Part shown: one piece after another, positions 56,705 to 64,000 of the stretch | How positions within the stretch are numbered: position 1 is the first letter of the stretch | How the letters are laid out: each line of letters starts with the position of its first letter | From: an uncultured Bacilli bacterium | GTDB taxonomy: Bacteria; Bacillota_I; Bacilli_A; RF39; UBA660 | Reading direction: 5' to 3' | Assembly: GCA_934087515.1 (NCBI GenBank) | Contig: CAKOIY010000001.1 | Span: forward strand, 3,308 to 67,307 | DNA length: 64,000 nt | Notes under the pieces: model-generated | Database searches by the model: none | Told to the model about the DNA's origin: nothing | The model's input: the letters and a program-made list of their open reading frames with translations, nothing else | Translations under genes and position numbers: made by a program

Positions 56705-58585
56705 ATGAGAAGGAAATTAAAAAATAATAAGGGTTTTGCTATGGCTGAGTTATTGGCTGTTTCTATGGTAATATTGCTTCTTTTTTCTATTCTTTTTTCT
56801 AATTATTTACCACTTGTTGCAGAATATGAGAATAGGCTTAGTTATAATGATGTAACTGCGGAGTATGCTGGTTATTATGTTAGAAAGATGTATTTGACTG
56901 ATGATAATAAATTGTCTAGTTCTACTAAAAATTTTATTAATGATGGTATTGGTAATAAGGCTTTTTATAAGGTTTATGATAAGAGTAGTAAAATTAATAA
57001 TGTTTGTTCTTGGTATTCTAATTTGCAAGCTGATGATAAAAAAGTTGCTGCTAGGAATTATTGTAATAATATTTTAGAGGAGTATGGTGTTGAAGAAATA
57101 ATTATTACTAATTATAGTATGACTAATGTTAAGAGTAAGTATACTGAATCTTCTGGAAAACTTTATAAGTATATAAAGTATTTACCTGAATATAAGAATA
57201 CTATTTATAAGGGTGATAATGATTTATATAGGATTATTTTAAAAACTAAAGATGGTTATGCTACTACTCCGATTGATACTGATTATTATACTCCTGGTAG
57301 TTGTTTTGTTGGTAGAAGTGTTTCTGGTGGCATTGAAATTACTAAATATAATATGTCTGGTAGTGATTGTGGCTCTAGTGTTACTATAAGAAAAGATAAG
57401 AAACTTACTATGAAGAATAGTGCTGGTAAGAGTATAACTGGTAAGGTTGTTTCTATTGGAAATAGTGCTTTTAAGGATCTTGAAGTTACTTCTATTAATT
57501 TAAATAGTATGGTAAAGAGTATTGGTGCTAGTGCATTTGAAGGTTCTAAACTTGAGAGTGATAGTATTAATTTGACTGGTGTTACTAGTATTGGAGATAG
57601 AGCTTTTAAAAATACTCAAATTAGTAGTATTGATATACCTTCTAGGGTTACAAAAGTTGGAAAAGAAGCATTTGCTAATAATAGTAAGCTTACTTCAATT
57701 AAGATTAATAATAGTGTTGTTAGTGAAGGGGAATTTATGAAATCTGGTGATAATAGTGTTATTAGTTATATTAATCTTGGAAGTGTTACTAAAATAAGTA
57801 AAAATATGTTTTATAACTTTAAGTTTTCTAGTGATAGTGCTATAGTAATGTCAAATGTTACTAATATTGATGAAAGTGCTTTTGCAAGTGATGCTATTCA
57901 AAAAATAAATAATATCTCTATTAGTAAAGTTACTAGTGTTGGTAATAAGGCTTTTTATAATTTAGATATTAAGAATTTGGTTTTAGGTAATATTAGTAGT
58001 ATAGGTGATAAGGCATTTGCTTTAAGTAGTGGTAGTAGTAATAGTAATAGTTTACCTAAAGTTGATTTGAGTTTTGTTACTGTTTTAGGAAATAATGCTT
58101 TTGAAAATAGAAAGATTGATGAATTAAATCTTAGTGGTTCTAGTATTGCTTCTATTTCTAACTATGCTTTTAAATCTTGTGATATTTCTAGTGTTACTTT
58201 TTCTGATAAGATTACTAGTGTTGGAGAAGGTAGTTTTGAAGGAAATAATTTTAATAAAATTGATTTACCTAGTTCTTTAACTAATATTGGGGTTAATGCT
58301 TTTAAGGAAAACTCTAATATTACTAGTTTTGATTTACCAGCTTCTTTAAATGTTATTGGAAATGGTGCTTTTGATAGTTGGAGTAAACTTGAAACTATTA
58401 ATAATAATTCTACTAAATTTAATGATTATGATAATTGGTGTATGGTTGTTGCTAGTGGTGATACTAGTTGTAAAGCTGAAAAGAGTGATACTGGTTATGC
58501 TATAGGTATTGGTGATAGAAGTATTAATGTAGTTAATAGTAATAGTAATAAAACTTCTGAGAATGGGGGTAATAGTAATGAATAA
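56705..58585 (+). CDS. Pseudopilin-like protein with BspA-type leucine-rich repeat domain
   Basis: The N-terminus MRRKLKNNKG|FAMAELLAVSMVILLL has a class-III signal with Glu at +5. It is followed by 12 or more ~22-25-aa repeats of the type (I/V)xSIGxxAFxxxxLxSIxxP. Confidence 0.7.
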   Translation: MRRKLKNNKGFAMAELLAVSMVILLLFSILFSNYLPLVAEYENRLSYNDVTAEYAGYYVRKMYLTDDNKLSSSTKNFINDGIGNKAFYKVYDKSSKINNVCSWYSNLQADDKKVAARNYCNNILEEYGVEEIIITNYSMTNVKSKYTESSGKLYKYIKYLPEYKNTIYKGDNDLYRIILKTKDGYATTPIDTDYYTPGSCFVGRSVSGGIEITKYNMSGSDCGSSVTIRKDKKLTMKNSAGKSITGKVVSIGNSAFKDLEVTSINLNSMVKSIGASAFEGSKLESDSINLTGVTSIGDRAFKNTQISSIDIPSRVTKVGKEAFANNSKLTSIKINNSVVSEGEFMKSGDNSVISYINLGSVTKISKNMFYNFKFSSDSAIVMSNVTNIDESAFASDAIQKINNISISKVTSVGNKAFYNLDIKNLVLGNISSIGDKAFALSSGSSNSNSLPKVDLSFVTVLGNNAFENRKIDELNLSGSSIASISNYAFKSCDISSVTFSDKITSVGEGSFEGNNFNKIDLPSSLTNIGVNAFKENSNITSFDLPASLNVIGNGAFDSWSKLETINNNSTKFNDYDNWCMVVASGDTSCKAEKSDTGYAIGIGDRSINVVNSNSNKTSENGGNSNE

Positions 58586-59252
58586 TAAGGGTATGACTAT
58601 TGTTGAACTTATTGTAACTTTTTCTCTTTTACTTGTTATTGTAGTTGGTATGTTTAATTTGATAACTGATGTTAAGCTTGAACTTGAGAATAAGCAAATA
58701 GGGAAGGATTTTACTGAGTATTCTTCTACTATAGGGAATAAGATACAATATGATTTTTTAAATAGTAAGATTGGTTCTATTGCTTTTAAGAATAGTGGTA
58801 ATGAATGGAGTTGTGTAAATAGATCCGGTCCCTGTGTAAGTGTTCCTAGTGGTGGTTATATGTTTGGTAACAAAAGTATAACTTTTGATGAGCTTAATAG
58901 TATGTGTAAGGATATTACTCCTTGTGTTGTTTATTCTTATAAGAATGGTAATAATGATGATTTTAGAGTTATTGGTCTTAATATAGAGCCTAGTAGCTCT
59001 GGTGCTTTAGCTAAATATGGTATATATTATAATGGTGTTTTTGAAGCTATTCCTGATCAAGATTATGTTGAGATTAAGAATGTTATTAATGTTAGTGATT
59101 CTGATGAAGAAGAAGATGTTGTTGCTAAGAAACCAGAGGCTAGATATGAGAATGATTTATTTGTTATTGATTTTCCTTTTTATTTAGTTGATAGTAATAA
59201 GAATTATGGTTTTAAAATTGTTTATTCTTTTGATACTAAAGAAAATAAATAA
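58578..59252 (+). CDS. Pseudopilin-like protein (about 225 aa)
   Basis: The N-terminus MNNKG|MTIVELIVTFSLLLVIVVGMF has a class-III signal. Its start overlaps the upstream gene's stop by 8 nt. Confidence 0.6.
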   Translation: MNNKGMTIVELIVTFSLLLVIVVGMFNLITDVKLELENKQIGKDFTEYSSTIGNKIQYDFLNSKIGSIAFKNSGNEWSCVNRSGPCVSVPSGGYMFGNKSITFDELNSMCKDITPCVVYSYKNGNNDDFRVIGLNIEPSSSGALAKYGIYYNGVFEAIPDQDYVEIKNVINVSDSDEEEDVVAKKPEARYENDLFVIDFPFYLVDSNKNYGFKIVYSFDTKENK

Positions 59253-60183
59253 TAATTATTAATATTAGTACACTTATTATTCCGTGTATAATTCTTGAAA
59301 TTAAGAAGGGTAAGTATTTTACCTTTTTTTTGTGCAAGATACTCATTATTTGAAAGTGAACTGAGAATCCTCCGAATGAGATTAGAAACATTGATAGTAA
59401 TACTTTTATGTTATAGTCTATGTTTGATATGGATAGGTATTTTAGACCACTTGTCATTTCTAAGATTCCTATTAAGGGTATTGTTATGATGTTTTTTGTT
59501 TTGAATAGTATGTTTATTATTATAAGAAAGAATGTTATTATTCCGAATATATTTATTAGGGTTTCTATGCTTGTTTTTATACTGGTTATTAAAGTTGTGA
59601 ATAGATTTGTGTTATTTATTTTGGTGTTTAGGTATTTTAGATTGTTTATTTTGGTATTTGGTATGCTTTTTGTTTGATTATAGTTTTTAAATATTATTCC
59701 TATTATAATATTTCCTAGTATATGTGATATTAGAAGCATTATTCCTATTTTTTGATTTTTTAGGAACATTATTCCGACTGTATTTACGATGAATAAAGGA
59801 TTTGAGAAGAATGAAAACATTAGTATTTTTTGAGCGTCTTTGGTGTCTATTTGTTTTTTATTTAGTAAGTCGTTTATATATTTTGCACTGCTGGGAAATC
59901 CTGTTATCATGCTCATAAAGAAGATGAAGGCTCCTTCTCCTTTGGTTTTAAATAATATATTCATTGGTTTTTTGAAGATATTTCCTAGGACTTTTGGTAT
60001 GTCTATTTCTACTAGGATTGATGATATTATGAACATGGGAAATAATGATGGCATGATGTTTTTTAGGAAAAGGTTGCTACTAAAGGTTATTGTTTGGTTA
60101 AGGGTGTTTGAGTTTAGAAATATATTTATTATGGCGATTAGTAGGGTGATAATAATTGTAAAGGAATATAATTTTTTTTTCAT
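59236..60183 (-). CDS. Polytopic membrane protein, YlbJ-like (nucleoside-recognition/Gate-domain sporulation membrane protein)
   Basis: It has many TM segments. It sits divergent to a ylbL-like gene, as in the Bacillus ylbJ..ylbL neighbourhood. The family call is weak. Confidence 0.4.
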   Translation of the reverse strand: MKKKLYSFTIIITLLIAIINIFLNSNTLNQTITFSSNLFLKNIMPSLFPMFIISSILVEIDIPKVLGNIFKKPMNILFKTKGEGAFIFFMSMITGFPSSAKYINDLLNKKQIDTKDAQKILMFSFFSNPLFIVNTVGIMFLKNQKIGIMLLISHILGNIIIGIIFKNYNQTKSIPNTKINNLKYLNTKINNTNLFTTLITSIKTSIETLINIFGIITFFLIIINILFKTKNIITIPLIGILEMTSGLKYLSISNIDYNIKVLLSMFLISFGGFSVHFQIMSILHKKKVKYLPFLISRIIHGIISVLILIIIIYFL

Positions 60184-60226
60184 ATTTCACCTAATTTCCT
60201 GTTATAATTATATTGGAGAGATGATT

Positions 60227-61252
60227 ATGAAGAACGATATGATTAGAAATTTTAAAGATAAAATAAGACAATTTTTTAAGAATCCTAAGGAGGTTGTTTC
60301 ATTTTTTTTGCCTATAGTTATTACTCTTTGTTTGCTTATTCCTGTTCCTTATTATATAAAACTTGGGGGAGGTACTATTAAGCTTAATGATAAGATTAAT
60401 ATAAAGGGGGAGGCTAGTAGTGATGGTTCTTTGGAGGCTTTGTATGTTAAGGAGTCTAAGGGGATAGTGTTTACTTATTTACTTTCTTATGTTGTTCCGT
60501 CTTTTGATAAGGAAAAGATTGAGGATGTTTATATTGATAATGAGGATGATGATTCTTATAATTATCGTGAAAAGCTTTATTTTACTACTTCTTTAGATGC
60601 TGCGACTAAGGTTGCTTTTGAGAAGGCTGGTAAAAAGGTTGATATTGCTTCTAGTAAGTTTTTAGTTATATATATTGATAAAGATTCTAAGAGTAATTTA
60701 AGGGTTGGGGATCAAATTTTAAAGATTAATGGTAATAGTGTTAAGAGTTATGAAGAAATTAATAAGTATGTTAGTAGTGATAAGGGTAAGAAAAGTGTTA
60801 GTATAACTGTTAAGAGAGATGGTAAGGTAATTACTACTGATAATTCTTTGATGATGATAGATGGTGAGCCTAAACTTGGAATTGTTGTTTCTAATGAGAT
60901 ATCTTATAAGAGTAATCCAGAGGTTGATTTTGATTTTAATGGAAAGCAAGCTGGTCCTTCGGGTGGTCTTATGATTGCTCTTACTATATATAATAAACTT
61001 GTTTCTTATGATATTACTGGTGGTAAGAGGGTTGTTGGAACTGGTACGATTGATTTAAAGGGTAATGTTGGAGAAATTGGTGGTGTTAAACATAAGTTAA
61101 TGGCTGCTAGTAATAGAAAGGCTGATATTGTTTTTGTTCCTAAGGATAATTATAAAGAGGCTAAGAAGATAAAAGATGATAAAGGCTATAATTTTAAACT
61201 TGTTGGGGTATCTACTTTTGATGAGGCGGTTGAGTACTTAGAAAATAATTAG
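60227..61252 (+). CDS. YlbL/SepM-family PDZ plus Lon-protease-C domain protein
   Basis: It has a TM anchor, a PDZ region (LRVGDQILKINGNSVKSYEEI), then a Lon-C-like region (GPSGGLMIALTIYNKL..GTGTIDLKGNVGEIGGVKHKLMAA). The track ORF 59840.. is overextended upstream into the divergent gene. Confidence 0.7.
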   Translation: MKNDMIRNFKDKIRQFFKNPKEVVSFFLPIVITLCLLIPVPYYIKLGGGTIKLNDKINIKGEASSDGSLEALYVKESKGIVFTYLLSYVVPSFDKEKIEDVYIDNEDDDSYNYREKLYFTTSLDAATKVAFEKAGKKVDIASSKFLVIYIDKDSKSNLRVGDQILKINGNSVKSYEEINKYVSSDKGKKSVSITVKRDGKVITTDNSLMMIDGEPKLGIVVSNEISYKSNPEVDFDFNGKQAGPSGGLMIALTIYNKLVSYDITGGKRVVGTGTIDLKGNVGEIGGVKHKLMAASNRKADIVFVPKDNYKEAKKIKDDKGYNFKLVGVSTFDEAVEYLENN

Positions 61253-61344
61253 ATTTTATAGTAAACTATCTTTGTAAAGAGGGTAGTTTACTTGTTTTTT
61301 TTTGTAAAAAAAGATATAATTGTATTGATTAGGAGGAATAGAAA

Positions 61345-62646
61345 ATGAAATATTTTTTTGCAGGAATAGAGGGATCTGGTATGGCTGCTCTTGCTTCAAT
61401 GCTTTTTGATTCTGGTAATGAGGTTATGGGCTGTGATGATGCTAAGGTTTATTCTTTTACATTAGAGGAATTAAATAAAAGAGGAATTAAGGTTTATAAG
61501 GATGCTGATAAACTTACTTCTGATATGATTTTTGTTTATACGTCTGCTATTCATAGTGATCATTATGCTTATAAGAGAGCTAAAGAGCTTGGATGTAAGA
61601 TGTATGAATATTATGAGATGATCGGAGAACTTACTAAGAAGTATGATACTATTTCTATATGTGGTACTCATGGTAAGACTACTACGACAGCAATGCTTGC
61701 TAATGTGTTTAAGAATACTATTGGTACTAATTATTTAATTGGTGATGGTACTGGTGTTATTGATAAGAGTTCTAATAGATTTATTGTTGAGTCTTGTGAG
61801 TTTGATAGACATTTTTTGAATTATTATCCTAAATATACTATTATTACTAATATTTTTTATGATCATGTTGATTGTTATAAGAATATTGAGGAAATTATTG
61901 AGACTTTTGAGAAGTTTGTTATGCAAACTGAGAAGAAGGTTATTGCGTGTGGAGATAATGAAAATGTAAGGAAACTTAAGAGTGATAAGATTGTTTATTA
62001 TGGTTTTGGTGATAATAATGATGTTCGTGGTGTTATAAAAGAGTTAAGAGAAGATGGTAGTAGTTTTGATGTTTATATTCATGATGAGTTTTATGGTAGT
62101 TTTAATATAAATATTTTTGGGGAACATATGATTGAGAATGCTCTTGCTTGTATTTATATGTGTTATCTTGAAGGTATTTCTCTTGATGATATTACTAAGT
62201 ATTTGAATGAGTTTCATGGTGCTAAGAGAAGATTTAGTGAAGAGAAAATAGGGGATGTTGTGTTGGTTGATGATTATGCTCATCATCCTAATGAGGTTGC
62301 TACAGTGCTTAAGACTGCTAGACAAAAGTATCCTGATAAGGAACTTGTTCCTGTTTTGATTCCTTATACTATTTCTAGGACTAAGGCTTTTTATAAGGAT
62401 TTTGCTAATGTTTTAAAAGAGGCTGATAAGGTTTATGTTACGGATATTGAACCTGCTAGGGAAAAGTTTTCTGATTTTCCTGGAGTTAGTTCTGATCTTA
62501 TAATTAAAGAAATTCCTGGTGCTGAGCATATTTCAAGTGAAGAGATTAGTAAACTTTATAAACATAAAAATGCTGTTATTCCTTTTATGGGATGTAAGGA
62601 TCCTACTTGGCTTATTGATGCTTATAAAGAGGGACTTAATAAATGA
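61345..62646 (+). CDS. murC: UDP-N-acetylmuramate--L-alanine ligase
   Basis: It has the N-terminal nucleotide-binding FFAGIEGSGMAALA and the Mur ligase motif GTHGKTTTT. Confidence 0.85.
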   Translation: MKYFFAGIEGSGMAALASMLFDSGNEVMGCDDAKVYSFTLEELNKRGIKVYKDADKLTSDMIFVYTSAIHSDHYAYKRAKELGCKMYEYYEMIGELTKKYDTISICGTHGKTTTTAMLANVFKNTIGTNYLIGDGTGVIDKSSNRFIVESCEFDRHFLNYYPKYTIITNIFYDHVDCYKNIEEIIETFEKFVMQTEKKVIACGDNENVRKLKSDKIVYYGFGDNNDVRGVIKELREDGSSFDVYIHDEFYGSFNINIFGEHMIENALACIYMCYLEGISLDDITKYLNEFHGAKRRFSEEKIGDVVLVDDYAHHPNEVATVLKTARQKYPDKELVPVLIPYTISRTKAFYKDFANVLKEADKVYVTDIEPAREKFSDFPGVSSDLIIKEIPGAEHISSEEISKLYKHKNAVIPFMGCKDPTWLIDAYKEGLNK

Positions 62647-63173
62647 ATATGATAAGGCTTGTTGTGGGACCACTTAAAACTAATTGTTATATTCTTTATG
62701 AGGATGGTAAGTGTTTGATAATTGATCCTGGTGATGAGGAGAATAATATAATTAAACAAATAGATAAACTTGGGGTTAAACCTGTTGGTATTTTACTTAC
62801 ACATAATCATTTTGATCATACGATGTATGCAGAGAGTTTAAGTAGTTTTTATAGAGTACCAATATTTGATCATAAGAATTTATTTGAGGGAAAGAAGAAA
62901 ATTGAACCTTTTAATTTTGAGGTTATTTATACTCCTGGGCATTCTAATACAAGTATAACTTTTTATTTTAAGGATTATGGTATTATGTTTGTTGGAGATT
63001 TTATCTTTTATGAAAATATTGGTAGGGTTGATTTACCAGGTGGTTCTTTTAGTGATATGATTGACTCTCTTAGAAAAATAAAGAAATATGATGATGATAT
63101 AGTTTTGTATCCTGGACATGGGGATGAGACTAGTATTGGTCATGAGAAAAAATATAATCATTACTTTGAGTAG
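62643..63173 (+). CDS. MBL-fold metallo-hydrolase
   Basis: It has HNHFDH (the HxHxDH motif) and a later PGH. Confidence 0.7.
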   Translation: MNMIRLVVGPLKTNCYILYEDGKCLIIDPGDEENNIIKQIDKLGVKPVGILLTHNHFDHTMYAESLSSFYRVPIFDHKNLFEGKKKIEPFNFEVIYTPGHSNTSITFYFKDYGIMFVGDFIFYENIGRVDLPGGSFSDMIDSLRKIKKYDDDIVLYPGHGDETSIGHEKKYNHYFE

Positions 63174-63275
63174 TGGTTTTTTTGAATAGTTTTATGCAAG
63201 TTGTATTGAATAGTTTTTTAAAATATAGTATAACAAATGTATATTATTATACATAAAATATTATGGGGGTTTTGT

Positions 63276-63566
63276 ATGTATAATAGTATTAAAGCTAGTG
63301 AGCTTAAGGGTATGATAGGAAGGGTTAATATAATAGATATTAGAAAGAATTTTTTATATAATTTAGGATCTATTCCTAGTAGTAAGAATATACCTAGTAG
63401 TTTTTTATTAATTGATCCTAGTAAATACTTAGATAAAGATAAAGAATATTATATATATTGTACACAAGGAATAGAAAGTTCATCTGTGTGTCAAAAACTT
63501 AGAAAAAAAGGTTATAATGTTATAAATGTTCTTGGAGGATATCATGATTATATAAGTAATTTGTAA
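63276..63566 (+). CDS. Rhodanese-domain protein
   Basis: This is a single rhodanese fold with its active-site Cys in YIYCTQGIES. An RBS GGGGGT precedes ATG at 63276. Confidence 0.55.
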   Translation: MYNSIKASELKGMIGRVNIIDIRKNFLYNLGSIPSSKNIPSSFLLIDPSKYLDKDKEYYIYCTQGIESSSVCQKLRKKGYNVINVLGGYHDYISNL

Positions 63567-63655
63567 AGGGTTTAAAAAACCCTTTTTTTTGTCTTGAAAA
63601 AATTATTAATTAATTATATAATTTTATTATAGGGTACTGAAAGTAGGTATAAGAT

Positions 63656-64000
63656 ATGAAAGAAAAGTTTAGTTTTTTAAAAGAAAAGAAAAATAGAAAA
63701 ATAGTAATTAATATAGTAGCAGTCATAGCATTATTATGTATAGCTGTGGGAATATCTTTTGCAGGAGGATATTGGAGTTATACTAGTAGTAATGATAATA
63801 CTTTAGAAAGTGGTAGTGTTTCTTTAACGTATTTAGAAAGTACTAGTGAAATTAATTTAACTAATGCTCTTCCTATGAGTGATAAAGATGGTAAATTATT
63901 AAGTAAGAAGGGTGCTAAGTTTGAATTTGCAGTTACTACAAATTCAGATTATTCACAAGTGATTAATTATGATATTAATATAGAACCATTAGTAGTAGAT
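63656..64000 (+). CDS. 3'-truncated TasA/camelysin (M73)-like secreted protein
   Basis: The N-terminal region ..AGGYWSYTSSNDNTLESGSVSLTYLESTSEINLTNALP parallels TasA (..GGGTWAAFNDIKSKDATFASGTLDLSAKENSASVNLSNLKP). The ORF runs off the window end. Confidence 0.45.
   Translation, partial: MKEKFSFLKEKKNRKIVINIVAVIALLCIAVGISFAGGYWSYTSSNDNTLESGSVSLTYLESTSEINLTNALPMSDKDGKLLSKKGAKFEFAVTTNSDYSQVINYDINIEPLVVD

Noticed and set aside
59840-60226. N-terminal 129-aa extension of the ylbL-like ORF in the track
   Set aside because: The extension runs antisense through the divergent ylbJ-like gene. A conserved start (MKNDMIRNF..) with an RBS at 60227 gives a normal-length YlbL with an N-terminal TM anchor.

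Overview
This 64 kb window is very AT-rich (roughly 28-30% GC by eye) and uses the standard genetic code. It looks like chromosomal DNA of a spore-forming, low-GC Firmicute. Housekeeping genes dominate: rplS, lepB, a class-B PBP, rpmG, efp, uppS, ftsY-ylxM, ftsA-ftsZ, ffh, rpsU-yqeY, mraZ-rsmH-ftsL-pbpB, murC, an arcABC arginine deiminase operon with a YfcC-type transporter, and three tRNAs. Spore-related genes are interspersed: spoIVA, a GerE-like regulator, a SpoIIIAH-like protein, a GerM-like lipoprotein, a CotD-like small protein, SpoVB-like and DacB-like proteins, and a TasA/camelysin-like gene at the 3' edge.

The most unusual content is five proteins with type IV pilin / competence-pseudopilin class-III N-termini (positively charged leader, then G/A | F/M-T-[LI]-V-E with Glu at +5). 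Three are giant paralogous modular pilins of 570-710 aa with Ig-like repeats and Cys-rich C-termini; two lie in tandem between yqeY and mraZ, and the third lies between efp and spoIIIAH. The fourth pilin-like protein carries BspA-type leucine-rich repeats and is followed by a 225-aa pseudopilin. These two sit divergently from a ComGA/PilB-family ATPase that has a ~175-aa Asn/Gln-rich C-terminal tail. No PilC/ComGB platform gene or prepilin peptidase is in the window.

Other features worth a look: a tandemly duplicated two-gene module (novel helical-repeat protein plus DUF1292-like protein) followed by a third membrane-anchored protein; a RhuM-CotD-like-Fic islet with a decayed Fic gene fragment upstream; an orphan Dam-like methyltransferase; and a 10-bp-periodic GTGGT array upstream of mraZ. 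All calls rest on reading the sequence and ORF translations by eye. No database search was run.
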